DNA of 64,000 bases from Octopus sinensis (GCF_006345805.1 NC_043001.1:31496001-31560000); one strand, 5' to 3'; positions 41,880 through 57,090 are shown, numbered from the stretch's first letter. Notes: a model not told the origin generated them from the letters alone. Numbers and translations are program-made.

Positions 41880-42160
41880 TACAAATGGTGCAAGTAGAAT
41901 GTAAATTGATGAAGACGATATTCAGGATTTATTGCACTCTGGTAACAAGACACTCGTCCATGAAGACCTTAAGGAGTTAACAGAACCACAGGTATCTAAT
42001 TCAATGATTTATACAACTTGAAGAAAAATGTTCTCCATATTAAACAGAGATCTTAAAGTTAAAAGATCAGTAATGGTAGTGTTGATTGTTACAGGGAAGA
42101 ATTAGAAGCTCTTAAGATGAAGATAAAGTAGTCAACCATTGATGCTTTTTTGTAATTTTG
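41880..42160 (+). mobile_element. Tigger/pogo transposase C-terminal remnant
   Basis: IDEDDIQDLLHSG..TLVHEDLKEL and terminal STIDAFL* resemble Tigger transposase C-termini. Confidence 0.45.
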
Positions 42161-44414
42161 TATTTTTTATACTTGTTGCTTAAACTTAAAAACCTGCATT
42201 TTTTTTTTTATTGAATTGCATATAATTTTGTTCAGAGGAGTTTCTTTTTCTCCATAAAGTGTACCTATTTTTTGATTGAATTCTATATAACTTTGCTCAA
42301 ATGATTGTTTCAAAATGTATGTAAGGTTATATGTAGGTACATATTTCAATAACTGAAAGAACTTATCTGCATAAAAATTCTGTTTTACTTTCCTATGATA
42401 ATAAAGCTTCTGATAGTTAGATGAAAGAGGGTAACATTGATTTCATTAATCAATGTCTTAGAATGTGTGAGTGTGCATGCATGAACGCATACACACATAC
42501 ACCCTGGTTACATTTTCCTTACACCTGTCGACTCACAAAGGTTCAAGAGGAAAATTAATAGTATCAATCTTGCCAGCCCACGAGGTATTGCAAAAGCCTC
42601 TTCCTCTAGATCCAGCAAGTATAATAAAGATAAGCAATCAAATACTTGAAACTGGAAGATTGTAAAGCTAAGATAACTTTAAAAGATTCCAGCTCAGATC
42701 TGGAAACCACGGAACCATTGATAAATTTTCAGTTTTCTTATGCTCTATCACTGAAACTTAATCAGTCAATAAGTTAAAAGTTAAGAATGGCCCGTCATAT
42801 TTTGGGTGGGAGTAAAAATTCTAAAAGAGAAGTTATATTCTTCGATGTAGAAACATTCTAAGTATTAGGTATTAAACAAGTAGCAAGGAATTTCCGACAC
42901 AATTACCACCAAGCTTTTGATTACATGGTCATGAGTTCAAACCTTATTACACCTATTAAGTCAGTCAGTGTTTCTTATAAAGGGGCGGTAAAATTAAAAA
43001 AGGGGCAAACAAAAATTGTCATATCAATTAGAATTAAGTTGGTATTAAAACTTGCTCACACCATGATGAAGAATGAAAAAATTTTAAAGACATAAACTAT
43101 ATTTTGTTTACTCATAAATAGAAATAGGGTAGGGGCAAACAAATTTTTTTTTGTGGGTGGGGCTAGAATTTATCAGTTTGGGAAGCACTATATTTGACTG
43201 TTCCCTTGAGAAAGTCACAGAACTGTTTTCTAGTTTGAGTAAGTTTCTATTTCATAGGTGAGTAAATAAAGAAAGGCATTCAGCTGTAATAAAAAAAAAA
43301 CAACAAAAACTGTCAATCTAGTAAATAAATATAAAAACTTATTCCTCTCATACTAGAAAATAAAAATAAACCTATAACTAAATAAAAAAATTTCACAAAT
43401 CAACTCATTCTTTACTAGTAATGCTGTTATTAAGGAGGGAAAAAATCATCAAACAGAATGTATTCACGTTCAGATTTTATCTTAATTCTGTAATTATCAG
43501 TAACAATAGATAAGGTGGGGATGACACATTTAGAGATACAAAATCTAAAATAATAAAGCAAATTTTCTTATCAATAAATATCAGTATATGTCATTTATTA
43601 AAAAACTTTTCCATGAAGGAAATTTAGTGAATACTGAAATAATGTGAATACAAAACATCATATGTGATTTTCCAGGGTAAGTAAGTTCTAGTAGAGTGAG
43701 TTTGGTAAAATAGTAGTCGTAACATATTTAATTTCCATTTTAAACTTTACTACAATCTCTATGATACAATTCACTGCGAGAAATATCAAAAAAATAAAAC
43801 AGGTGAAGCATGGTCAATTGAACTCAGTCAAGCACCATTATAATTATGAATCATAAAAAGTTATAAAACACATAAAAATTCTTTTTAAAAATCAAATTCT
43901 TCAAAGGCCATCATTAACCTCAGTAAAGATATTTTTAGATTATAGCAAAACCTAAGTAAACGAGATTGTGTGTAAAGAATAGTTGTTCCCCTTGAATCAC
44001 ACACATAGCTGATATATTTTGCAGCTGTTTAAATCTTTCATTTCCTATTTCCTATCTGAGGTAATACAGACCAACTAGTTAGTTCTACTGCATATTCCAG
44101 ACAAGTAGGTTAAAATTTAGAACACGGAATGTATAAGCTCTAAGAATTTGTGTCATTAGACGCACTTAGGTACATAATGCAGTATGGTAAAGGACATAGT
44201 GATTTCTATTAAGCTTTCTTCTCCACCCTGAGAAAGAATAACTGTGGCATGCATTAGATTATACATGTTAAGTGGTAAATTATGAAACCATTAATAGATA
44301 TTTTAATTAGTTACTCTAAATGAGAATATCTTTATCGCAATACTTATACAACTTATGTAATTTTCTGAAAAATACTGAGTTAATATATGAAAAGAAAAAA
44401 AGAAGGGTTAACTA

Positions 44415-44597
44415 CAGCATTTACTCACTATAAGTTGCACTCGTGTATAAGTAATTTACTAATTTACTGATAAGTCATAGTACAAAATTTTTACCCTACA
44501 TAATTTTAGTTTTGTCCTGTGTATAAGTCACACCACAGTTTTTTTCTTTTTTAGTTAAAAGTATAAAAAAATGCAACTTATGTGTGAGTAAATATGG
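44415..44597. mobile_element. Tc2/pogo-like MITE
   Basis: Imperfect ~26-bp TIR: TA|CAGCATTTACTCACTATAAGTTGCA ... TGCAACTTATGTGTGAGTAAATATGG. Confidence 0.55.
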
Positions 44598-45946
44598 TTA
44601 ATAAATGTTCTAAATGTTAGTTCCCAAAATAAAAACATCTCAAATTTGTAAGATAAGAGTACAGTCGGTTTTAGTGAATGCTAGTACAAACCTGGTACTT
44701 TTTTTTATTTTGATTCTAAAGTGAGAAAAGGTGAAATGTAACCCAGTAAGATTTCAGAGAGATGGAACTAAATAAATCTGGTAAGGCATTGAATTCATTA
44801 GTCTATCATCACTGCCCTTCCATACCATATTAATAATAATGTCTGAGGCACAAAGCCAGAAATTTTAGATTTACCTTGCTATTTGAGTGGCACTTATATT
44901 TTATCAATCCTTTAATCCTTCATGGATGAATGGCAAAGATGATCCTGGTGGTGTGTGGAATCAGAATGTGAAGAGCCAGAGCAAACACTGCAAGGAATTT
45001 TGTCTGGTATTCTAACCATTCTGTCAATTTACCCCATTCATCATATTGATAACAACAGCAGTGTAATATACATGTTGCTGTATTTCGAAAATAACAAAGT
45101 TATTGATTAAATTAAATGTTGATTAACCATATCCCACACCAGAAGTCTTAAGGCCACATCTCCTAGCAAAGAGGATTGGCCTGCAAGAGTCCTGTGCTGG
45201 TTCCACATAAAAATGCACTTGTGCCAATGCCACGTAAAAAGCATCTAGCACACACTGTAAAGTGATTGGCATTAGAAAGAGCGTCCAACCATAGAAACTA
45301 AGCCAAATCAGACTGGAACCTAGTGCAGCTCCCCAGCTCGCCACCTCTGCTCAAAGTGTCCAACCCATGCCCGTGTGGAAAATGGACATTAAAGGATAGT
45401 GACGACAACTCTGGATTGAACAACAGAGGTGATTTGATTCTTAGATTTAATGTTTTCTGTAAAGACTCTTTACAAAAGGAAATAGTAAAAACAATAATTG
45501 TTTCTAATTTAAGCAAGGCTAACAATTTTGAAATAATTTTGATTTTGAGGGGAGGAGAACAGTTGATTACATTGACCCTGTTATTTAATTAGCACTTTAT
45601 TCTATCAACTTTGGAAGGGTGAAAGGCAAAGATGGCCTCGAAAGAAATTGGACTTAGAACATAAGGAACCAGAACAAATACTGCAAGGTAATTTCTCCGA
45701 CATTTTAATGGTTCATCCCATTCACGTACATTATTTCATATTTTGTACAAAGTTAAATTCATCAACCGAGAAAATGGAGTCGAATACTACCATACAGTTA
45801 TACAACTGAGTTATAAACTCCTAACATCTGTATTTTCCTTTCGCGTGATAATAACAAGACATTTTAACATCATCACTGGTGTTGATTCAATTCATCATTC
45901 ACAGCAAAAGAAAAACAAAACAAAAAACAACAAAAGTAAAGGATTA

Positions 45947-46390
<444 letters not shown>

Positions 46391-46554
46391 TTACCTGTTT
46401 GCACCAACATACCTGTGCTTGTACGTATGTATGTGAGAATGCAAACACACAGGTTACAAACTTTCTTTGAATCTGTATTTAAGAAATACAAAAATATCAC
46501 AAATATGACAATTTATAAGAGAGAGAAATTATATATGTGTGTATTCTTTATTCT

Positions 46555-46870
46555 TTTAGTTGTTTCATTTGACTATGGCCATGCCGGAGCACTGTCTTTA
46601 GAAGAACAAATCGACTCCCAGGACTTATTTTTTGTAAGCCTGGCTGTGAGATAAGAAACTTGCTTCCCAACCATATGCTTCCGTTAAATTACGGGGACAT
46701 AGACACAGACATACACACACAAATATATACATACATATATATGTATACAATAGGCTTCTTCTAGTTTCCTTCTACCCGAGGCTAAAATAGAAGACACTTG
46801 CCCAAGGTGCCATACAGTGGGACTGAACTCAGAACCATGTGGTTGGGAAGCAAGCTTCTTACCACATGGC
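46555..46870 (-). mobile_element. tRNA-derived SINE (family 1), rearranged
   Basis: Homology to 11751-12135. Confidence 0.7.
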
Positions 46871-46951
46871 TATATTAAGAAAAGGAGGCAGTCTTGATAT
46901 ACAATATCTGTACACCACTTCAAACACAAACACACACACACTCTCTCTCTC

Positions 46952-46955
<4 letters not shown>

Positions 46956-47005
<50 letters not shown>
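46956..47005. repeat. (TA)n microsatellite
   Basis: Perfect run preceded by (CA)n(CT)n. Confidence 0.95.
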
Positions 47006-47015
<10 letters not shown>

Positions 47016-47289
47016 ATCATTCAATTCACTTATTTTGGTAGATTTTACTGGAAATTAAATAAAAACTGGATCTTGATATATGAAAATAGAATTCATTGAG
47101 TGAATATTAAAAAAACAGATGTTTAGTTTGGGTTCTGAAGTAAAATAAAAAAAAAAAGCTAGAATACTACCACATTTTAAACAAGTGTAAGCAACTTTAA
47201 CTATTTTAAAATGTTTCAGTTGCAAAGCTGCAGTCATGCTGGAGCACCGTATTCTAAAAAGGAAGGAGTTGAAGAATTCCCCTGGCACT

Positions 47290-47485
47290 TGTGCTGGTGG
47301 CACGTAAAAAGCACCCACTACACTCATGGAGTGGTTGTCATTAGGAAAGGCATCCAGCTGTAGAAACACTGCCAGATCAGACTGGAGCCTGGTGCAGCCT
47401 CCTGGCTACCCAGACCCTGGTCGAACCGTCCAATCCATGCTAGCATGGAAAACGGACGTTAAACGATGATAATGATGATGATGAC
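47290..47485 (+). mobile_element. RTE LINE 3' UTR fragment, (GAT)n tail
   Basis: Homologous to 13990-14152. Confidence 0.8.
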
Positions 47486-48142
47486 AGCCATGATGCAATT
47501 TAAATTTACTGATGTAATGCATTAATTGTTGCTCTTTGGTCAGTGTTTTTCTTGGATATTTCCCTACTCTTTTACTGATTTCAGACATTGGGCTGTGATC
47601 ATGTTGGGGTAGCACCTTCAAGGTTTTAACAAGTGTCTATTTTATCGATCCTCATACTTATTTTACTGACCTCTATCAAATACTTATGATGTACCTTTAT
47701 GGTGGGAAACTAACATAACTCAATGCAAGGGTTTACACCAGTACACACATGACAGGCTTCCTCACAGTTTCTGCTTACAACATTCATTCAGAAGGTACTG
47801 GTTAATTTAAGGCTCCAGTAAAAGACATTTACTCAAGGTGTAATGTGGTATGATCAAACCTTAAATCACATGGTTGTGAAGCAAACTTCTTAACCACAAG
47901 GCTATGCCTATTTATTTAAAAAGTTTTACCAATAAGCCGACAGATGTAATTTTGAACTCGTCTTTCCCAACTTAATGCTTTCCAAATACAGTAAATTAGA
48001 ATAAATTTTAAATTAGAATATATCTAAATTTCACTATCGAATCTAATGTTCATTTTTTAATGCAAAAAAAAAAAAAAAATCTCAGAATTACTAAAATCAC
48101 TACTTTTCAACTTTAAATCCCTATGAACGGAGCTGTTGTACA

Positions 48143-48530
48143 ATATATCATAGGCACAAGCATGGCCGTCTGGTTAAGAAGTCTGCTTTTCAACCACATG
48201 GCTTTTTAGTTTAGTCTTACTGTATGGTACCTTGGACAGGTATCATCTACTATAACCCAGGTTGAATAATGTCTTGTAAGTGAATTTGGTAGGCAGAAAC
48301 TGTGTAGAAACCCATTATGTGTGTGTGTGGTGTGTTTGTCTCACCCACTGCTTGACAAGTGGTGTTATTTTGTTTACATCCCTGTAACTTAGTGGTTCAG
48401 AAAAGGAAACTGATAAAAGTACCAGACTTTAGAATAAATACTGGGGATCTATTTGTTCAGCTAAACTTTTGAAGGTGGTGCCCCAGCATGCCTACAGCTC
48501 AATGATTGAAACAAGTAAAACATAACAGAT
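48143..48530 (+). mobile_element. tRNA-derived SINE (family 1), degraded
   Basis: Homology to 50425-50793. Confidence 0.7.
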
Positions 48531-48812
48531 GGAAAAAAAATAAATTAAGTTACCGAAAATTATAATTAAAGTTAATTAACTGATGGATATTTAATAGAAG
48601 ACAAAATGAAAGAAGCCTAGAATAAAAAAGTATTTATTACTTCCTTCATTATTAAGAAAACGAAAGAAGACCAAGTTTAATAATGGAGAAAATGTATAAG
48701 AATATCTACAGTAACAAATGCAAGTAACCAGAATGATTTCCCTTAGACTGCACCTGCAGGTAACAGTCAATACCGTCATAGTTTAACAATTGGTATTGTC
48801 AATAACTTTATA

Positions 48813-49009
48813 CTGCATTTGATGGAATAACCGACGCACAGGTATATTAGATGCACCCTAAGCTCAGCAGTGTATATTTAGGAAAAAGTGAGTGTCAAGC
48901 TCAAAATTAGCTTATGGGAGGTTAAATTTTGTATATAGGGCCTAAGATGATTTTTTCAAGCACTTTTTTTTCCAGCAAAAAAAGTGCTTTGTATGTGCCA
49001 TTAATATGG
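48813..49009. mobile_element. Degraded Tc2/pogo-like MITE
   Basis: Internal GACGCAC...TTAGATGCACCC and terminal AAAGTGC...AATATGG|TA, typical of CCGTATTT-ended MITEs. Confidence 0.35.
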
Positions 49010-49560
49010 TAGTTCTTACGATTTGAGTGTCATAACTTTCATTATTTTTAACTACAGCACAATAGTTTTGGATATAAATATGCATTAGCTTATGTCAGAA
49101 TTTCATTCGCCTGTAGTTAAATAATCTTTGAAGTTTTAATTTGAAGTAACAAATCATAAAAGACTTCATAAAAATATAAAATATAAATTCAGAAATTCAT
49201 CACTGGTCGATGAATGTTTCATACATCCAAATAAAAACATATGATATAAACAAATTAAAACCATTTTACAGAAGGTAAAAATAATTGTGTAATAATTCTA
49301 TTTGTCTTATTTGAAAATGAATGAACCAAAAAAGTTGACTAATAATCTCCAACATTAATATCTTAATTACAAGGTTCCAATTTTAGCAGCAGATTCTAAT
49401 TATAGATGTATAGTTCTAACTTAGTAGCAGTATTAATAGCCACAATCTCAGTTAACAAACCACTTGCAAGTTCATTAAACTGATATTTATTATAAAGTTT
49501 AACAAAATATAAGTACTCGTTAAACGTAAAAATAAAATGGATGTATATGTTAATAAGTGC

Positions 49561-49897
49561 AGACATGGACGTGTGGTTAAGAAGTTTGACACCTTGGGGA
49601 AGAGCCTTCTACTATAAGCTCTGGGCTGACTGAAGTCTTGCGAATAGATGTGGTAGATGGAAACTGAAAGAAGCCTATCATATTTGTGTGTGTGTGTTTC
49701 CTTGTCTTGACATCATGTGATTGTTGTAAATGAATGACATTAATTTCCACTGTTCTGCAATAATATGTCTGGCCATGGGGTAATAGTACTGTGCATGGAA
49801 ACAGGTAAGGGGGTAGCAACAGCCATAGAAAATCTATCTTGATAAACTCCATCTGACACATATAAGCATGGAAAAGTGGAAGTGATGATGATGATGA
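49561..49897 (+). mobile_element. Family-1 SINE with RTE-like (GAT)n tail
   Basis: Homologous to 8783-9215. Confidence 0.7.
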
Positions 49898-50239
49898 TAA
49901 TAAAGTAGACTGGTGAACTGATTTAAATGTCTATTTTTATTAATAACAAAAGTAATTCTTCAATTAGCAGAAACAAATAACTGGCCATACCTATACACTG
50001 AGTAAGACTATAGTAATTATAACCATAAAGTAATGCCATAAATTAAGAAGCAAAGAAACAATGAAATATCCACATTAAAAATTACCTGAAATTTTGGTAA
50101 CAAAAATAGATTAACTGTGGTGAGAGAATCAACAACTAATCAGCAATTATTAATGTTTATAGATTAAACCTACAGATTTGTAAATATAGATTATTAAAAG
50201 TCTTGAAGCAAAATCTCTCACAGAAATTAAATTGTTTAA

Positions 50240-50813
50240 CCCAATGGCATTCATACCAGTTATTTCTGGCCCAAATATTCTAGTTGTTTTATGTTCAGAC
50301 CAGACAGACCTGGCCTCTCACATGTACCCAACAATGCCATTCTAAAAATACAAACATGATATGAGATAATGAATGATAGATTTAGAACAATGTGAATAAA
50401 TAAGCATTACATTTGACAAAAATAGGCGCAGGAGTGGCTGTGTGGTAAGTAGCTTGCTAACCAACCACACGGTTGCGGGTTCAGTCCCACTGCGTGGCAT
50501 CTTGGGCAAGTGTCTTCTGCTATAGCCCCGGGCCGACCAATGCCTTGTGAGTGGATTTGGTAGACGGAAACTGAAAGAAGCCTGTCGTATATATGTATAT
50601 ATATGTATATGTGTGTGTGTCTGTGTTAGTCCCCCTAGCATTGCTTGACAACCGATGCTGGTGTGTTTACGTCCCCGTCACTTAGCGGTTCGGCAAAAAA
50701 GAGACCGATAGAATAAGTACTAAAAAGGTGGTGCTCCAGCATGGCCGCAGTCAAATGACTGAAACAAGTAAAAGAGTAAAAGAGTAAAAGAGAGTAATCT
50801 AAATTCTAAAGGG
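50240..50813. mobile_element. piggyBac-type MITE family A interrupted by a young family-1 SINE (50425-50793, +)
   Basis: MITE halves align to 495-713; SINE retains CpGs and intact A/B-box-like head GGCGCAGGAGTGGCTGTGTGG...GGTTCAGTCCC. Confidence 0.8.
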
Positions 50814-52451
50814 TTAAAGGAAGCAAAAAAACTATCATGAAGTGTATAGATATTTAATAAATTAAAACAATTTTTGTTTGATAATATAAAGTACTTAACA
50901 TATTAAAAAAAGCTTGGTAATGTTCATAAAGTTATGGAGATAACTCATAACAAAAATCTACATAATATTAGTTTCAAATAAGGCACTGGTTAACATTCTT
51001 TTAAAGGAACATGTCAAAAGCTTATCTATCCTTCTAGCTTGGCTCCTGTGTACAGATGATGCTAGCAGAAACTAAAATAGATATTTGGGGTGGGGCATGC
51101 AGAAGAGAGCCACAAATAGCAGTATATAACAGCAGTAGAACTGTACAACCCTAACAGAAAACCAAAAATAGTAGTTTGCAGCAACAGCAGTAGAATATCT
51201 GACATAACTAAAAATACTTGTCTAATTTAATTAATAAAAAAATATTTCTTTATCAATTAACATCAGCTCAAGGCAGGCAAAGATTATACATCCATGTTAA
51301 AAGTAATTATCCTCCCTTATTAAAATAAAAATTTGAAAAAAAAAAAAATCAATCTTAAAAAAAAATATGAAAGTTTTTAACTTATTTTAAACAGAACAGT
51401 AACTGTCTTCACCATTAGACAAGCTATCTGTATAGAGTTCAGAATATAATTCCAGGATTGATCAGTAATATATCATAGCTAGGCATGCACATGCACACAC
51501 GATTTGTTTATTTTACATCAGTTTTTCCATGCTTGCATAGGTTGGAGAAATATGTCGAGGCATTGTTTTATAGCAGGATGCCCTTTCTTGTTTTCTTTTC
51601 AAATCAGGGATCTGGTTTCACACAGCTTTGAAGGCACAAAAGTGAATGGGTTTGTTGACAGGAAAACTGTCAATGATACCCCTACCCACCACAACTTTTG
51701 CACAAGCAATCACAGGGGTTAATGACTACACACACACACACAATAACTTCTTTTCAGTTTCTGTCTACCATATTTTCTCACAAGGCTTTGTCAGCCCAGG
51801 GCTGTAGTCAAAAGCACTTGCCCAAGGTGACATGCAGAGGAACTGAACCTGCACTAGATGATTCTGAAGCAAACTTCTACACCACTCTGCCAAGTCTGCT
51901 CCTACACACACACATGCTCCCCCCACCCATGTATTTTATTTATTCATTTTTACAACGTCAATGACTCCCAAATTCTATACAAAATTCAAGGACCTTTGAA
52001 ACTGAAATGAAAAATAAGCAGAAGGTACTGTAACTGATATTAAATGGAACTTGGTAAAATAGTATTACATGAAATACTGATGACAACAATGATGATGAAT
52101 ATATAAGATCATATAGTGCACAACTAATTTTAGATTAGTGTCAAAGTATTGACTGTCCAGTTGTAAGAGAGAGAACAAGTTAAAGAGTCACAACATTGTT
52201 TAACAATCAGTGAAGAGAAAGGCTTATGTAACTGGTTTTTGACTTCTTAAAAACTGTTGCAAGATCTTGTATATTTTGTTCCCATTATTTAATCAACATT
52301 CAGTCCAGGAAAATATAATATAATAAAATAAAAAGGAACTGCTCATTGGTGTTCATTGAGTAGAGACTGGATCACTGACTAAAATGTATAAAATGATTAA
52401 GTCTACTGCTGAAATTATCTGAACTTCATTCCCCAAACTATTTTAGGTTAA

Positions 52452-52938
52452 CCCTTTCGATACCAACCCGGCTGAAACCGCCTCTGGCTCTGTAGTACAA
52501 ATGTCTTGTTTTCAAAAGTCTTGAATTAAAACCTTCCACCAAACCTTAGTCATAATTTATGTTCTTAACACTAGCTTAATGACAACTAAAAATATATATA
52601 TATAAAAGTTCCTTCTCGAGCCATACCAGGCTCATAAGGGCCAGTTTCCCGGTTTCAGTGGTGTAGAAATTCCCCACCTGGACAGGATGCTGGTCCGTTG
52701 CAGGATTACTCATTTTTGCCAGCTGAGTGGACTGAAAATGAAGTGTTTTGCTCAAGAACACAACGTATCGCCCGGTCTAGGAATCGAAACTACAACTTTA
52801 TGATCATGAGTTCAACACCCTAACCACTAAGCCACGCGCCTCCAATGACAACTAAGTTATTTCATAACTTCTTTGTTATAATTAAAATTAATTGAAAGAA
52901 ACACAGAGCATCTCAAAATAAATATGGTAATGAAAGAG
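52452..52938. mobile_element. piggyBac-type MITE family B interrupted by a family-3 SINE (52590-52843, -)
   Basis: 12-bp TSD AATGACAACTAA at 52578-52589 and 52844-52855. Confidence 0.85.
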
Positions 52939-55900
52939 TTAAATTCTCTCATCTCCATTAACGAGGAAAAATGAAGAAATTAGCAAAAAGATCTAAATAA
53001 CTTTTACATCTAGGTTTGGCGATACAAACAGGAAAATAGGACTCAAAACATAAGTATATATATTTGATAAGTGCCATTGTATGAAACGCTTAGCCACTGA
53101 GCCACTCTGTAATCTTTGTTGATTAATAATAATAAAAAAAAACTGTTACAATTTGAAATTTCGAAAAGTTGATATCAAAATATGTACTTATCAACATAAA
53201 TTTTGAAAGAATCCTATTAAAGCCCTATATGGCAAAAGTGAATCACTATTAGCAGTTGTATTTATAGGCTATAATAAAACTCTTTCCAAAATACAGCAAA
53301 ATTCATAACACTATTATTTTCAATGCACAATTTTAACTCAAAATTCTTGCAAAACAAATTCAGTATGCGGAAAAAAACATCCATCATGTTCTTATTACTA
53401 AAATAGAAAATATCTTTATGAAGCTAAAAGATTTTTCTGGTTAGAATTTTTTGAATTATTGTATCAGATACACAGTATTTGACAAACAGAATTTTTTGAA
53501 TTATTGCAAGATACACAGTATTTGATCAACAGAACATTGTCTTCATTTTAATAATGCTTCATGGTTTGGAGAGATTCACAGCACCACCAACCAGTATATT
53601 AATGTCCTGCACATATGAAGTTGTGTAGTTATTCTAAGTATGTTGTTTTACCCAAAATTGAAGCTGTTAATATATTTTCTTTAAATATATATAACAAAAA
53701 AATAAATAATAAACTAAAAACATATGTAAAGAAAATAGAATTCCACATATAGGTAATATCATATTAAAATATTTCAATTTTGACATTTTATTGTATACTG
53801 GTGTTGAAAGCAGTACAAGAAGATTGATCTGCTAGCAATCCTAAGCACAATAATATACTGGAGTGCTTTCCCATTGCTCATTCTAGGTTCTGAACTCTAT
53901 TTCAAGCTAATGAAATACTTATTAATCATAAAGTGTCTATGCTACTTAAAGTGATGAACTGTATTTCCCCATGGTACTTATTTAGTGTTAATTACATTGG
54001 ACAATTAGGAGCTATAATGCTGGAGATGGGATACTTGACCAGCTACAACTCTTTGGGGAACCAATAAACAACTGAATTTCTTTGGCTTGAATGATATATT
54101 TAAAGCAATTAAGAACAGCATCTTTTTGTCTATCACTCGTTTCTTCAACCAGTTTAGGAATACCTCAAAGTATTCCTTCAGCCGGTTAAGGAATACTATA
54201 GCAGTTTTAATTATACTGCAGTGCATGTATAATTTCTTTCATCCAAGCAAGTTATATAATTAATAATATTTACATTTTTATGACTTGATTTTTTCCTTAT
54301 GGCATTGAAACCCTGCAAAATAATTTGATAGGCATATATATCAAATAATTAGTAATTAGTGAAATAAGATATTTAATGATGGTACTGCCTTAATATAGTG
54401 ATACTACTGTTGTATAGTGACAGTGTCACTTCAAAGTGATAGTATTATTAGATAATAGCCCCAGTAAATCTGGTATCATTTCTGACAGCTAAGTAAATGG
54501 ATGTATATACATTTAAAGCATGTTGCTCCAAGTCACAGCAAATTGCCTGCACTTGATTCGGATGACTGAAGACTTATTAGTTTGGTCATCTGATCGGTCC
54601 TACCATCGGCAGTAAAACCTCACAAATGGCATGCTACGAAATAAATCAAACCAGTTGAGTAGCAGTACTGATATGAGAACAATGCAATTGGAAGACTGGT
54701 GGAGAATCACAATGATGTAGTGACTCACAGAAGACACTGCTGGCAGTCAGACTAATTAATTATACAATAGTCTTCCTTATCCGAGGAAGTTCTCTTTATG
54801 GGCAACTTGTGAAACATTTGTTTTATTTTGTGTCATTAAAGCAAAAAACAAAACAAACAAAAAAAGAAAGAAAAATAAAAAAACCCACTAATTTGGATGA
54901 GCATTAAAAGCCAAAATATAATAGCCTAATATTCTTAATATTGACAAAAGTGAACATGCCAGAGAAAATTTGTAGTTAATAATTCATATCTGAAGACCAA
55001 TTAAATCTAAGATAAAGCAGCTCCTTAAACGTTTTTATGCCAATTTTATAGCTGCAGTATCCCACCAAATTCATCATTTTACAAAGTAGATTATTTTTTG
55101 TACTTTTGTCTAGCCTGATACCAATTTTCATTATTATCAAAACTATTATCACTATTCAACAACCAATGTTTAAATAGGTTGCATAACCTACAAAAATTAG
55201 CTCATTCATAATTTTCCCTAATTTTTTCTTATCTCCCACATATCAATCTGCATCTCTGATTCATTCTACATCTACGCTAGAGTGTTGTCTATAGAATTGA
55301 GTATTTCATTATTATTTCATTCAGTTCATATTTTCTATTTTATCACATCTATAAAAGATCTCTTTTGTACACACACATAATTCTTAGCTGTTATCTTCTC
55401 CCGAACTCAGTGCAAATGAAAAGTTGCTAGTCAAGATGAAAATAAATATTGCCATGCTTAAAACATCGTTTTCAATAGGCAATGCTTGTCGGTGGGGAAA
55501 AGTGCAAGTAAAATAAAGCAACATGATGTAAAAGTGTAACGATGCCGACAGAACGAAGTTTACTAAGTGCATATTGAGTCGGGACATGTTTGCATAAATG
55601 ATATGAGACACAAACACATCAAGAACCAAAACAATGCTCATTGAAAATGAAAAAAATAAAATGTAAATATTGTAGACATTTCAGCAAGTAACAAAACTCA
55701 CTCTTAGTGAACCTGAAACTTTTCACAGTGAATTAAATGTATTTGATTTCCATTTTCAGCACATAGGATGAAATTATAGAGGAAGCCTTATAATTTTAAG
55801 TTTTATTTCAAAAATGCTTAACATTAGAGCTGACTGCTAAAACTGAATTAAGTCAGTTAAGTTTTATAGTTCTTCACTCCTGGACTCAAAATGAATGAAT

Positions 55901-55989
55901 GTGAAGTGAAATGAGAGCAAATATCGAAACTAGTTTATTCTCTACTAGCACTCTCCTAGATGACAGATGAAGCTACTGTGACATCCTGT

Positions 55990-56300
55990 GTCATCATCAT
56001 CATCATCGTTTAGCGTCCGCTTTCCATGCTAGCATGGGTTGGACGGTGCAACTGGGGTCTGGGAAGCCAGAAGGCTGCACCAGGCCCAGTCTGATCTGGC
56101 AATGTTTCTACGGCTGGATGCCCTTCCTAACGCCAACCACTCCGTGAGTGTAGTGGGTGCTTTTTATGTGCCAGACGAGGCTGGCAAACAGCCACGATCG
56201 GATGATGCTTTTTACATGCCACCGGCATGGGGGCCAGGCGAGACTGGCAACGGCCACGATCGGATGGTGCTTTTTACGTGCCACCGGCACGAGGCCAATA
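55990..56300 (-). mobile_element. RTE LINE 3' UTR fragment with minisatellite units
   Basis: (CAT)n tail and GTGCTTTTT...GATCGGATG units as at 36181. Confidence 0.8.
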
Positions 56301-56685
56301 TAGGAATACAACTTTGTTATTGTCTAATTCCGATCAAGCAGACTTATGGTCAAAGGTGATCATCCTATCCTTTATTAAGATACAGTATGTCCAAGATCAC
56401 ATTACCCAATGCATCCTTCCTTCCTTTAAGATGTAGCATGTGGTTTGAAGAATATTAGGCTGCTGTTTGCAGCATGTGTAACAACCACATAAACACTCTC
56501 TGTTCTCAATGGGCAACTGACTGTAATTTTTGAATAAAGGGTTTTATATATGGACTTATGAGGTAGGGATAATTCAGGAGATTAACTCAACAGAGTTTCT
56601 CCACAGTTACTTCCCTACTAAATTTACCCTGAGGTCAGATCAACACAATCAAGTCATAATTAAATACAAGAAATTAATAATAATA

Positions 56686-57090
56686 GGCACAGGAGTGGCT
56701 GTGTGATGAGTAGCTTGCTTACCAACTACATGGTTCTGGGTTCAGTCCCACTGCGTGATACCTTGTGTCTTCTACTATAGCCTCAGGCCGACCAAAGCCT
56801 TGTGAGTGGATTTGGTAGACGGAAACTGAAAGAAGCCCATCGTATATATGTATATATATGTATCTGAGTGTATATGTTTGTGTGTCTGTGTTTGTCCCCC
56901 TCCCAATATCGCTTGACAACTGATGCTGGTGTGTTTACGTCCCTGTAACTAAGAGGTACGGCAAAAGAGACCGATAGAATAAGTACTAGGCTTACAAAGA
57001 ATAAGTCCTAGGGTCGATTTGATTTGACTAAAGGCAGTGCTCCAGCATGGCCACAGTCAAATGACTGAAACAAGTAAAAGAGTAAAAAGA
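56686..57090 (+). mobile_element. tRNA-derived SINE (family 1), near full length
   Basis: Homologous to 50425-50793; aaaagagt tail. Confidence 0.85.

Noticed and set aside
50425-50500. tRNA-like sequence with A/B boxes (also 52770-52843, 12800-12873, 62900-62970)
   Set aside because: These are SINE heads continuing into SINE bodies; no complete cloverleaf.
54560-54760. Possible C/D snoRNA or AP-1 site (TGACTCA ~54721)
   Set aside because: No proper C box/D box pair with terminal stem; a lone 7-mer is uninformative.
55384-55641. 85-aa hydrophobic ORF in CpG-richer unique sequence
   Set aside because: No recognisable motif and no convincing splice sites; its length is compatible with chance in T-rich DNA.
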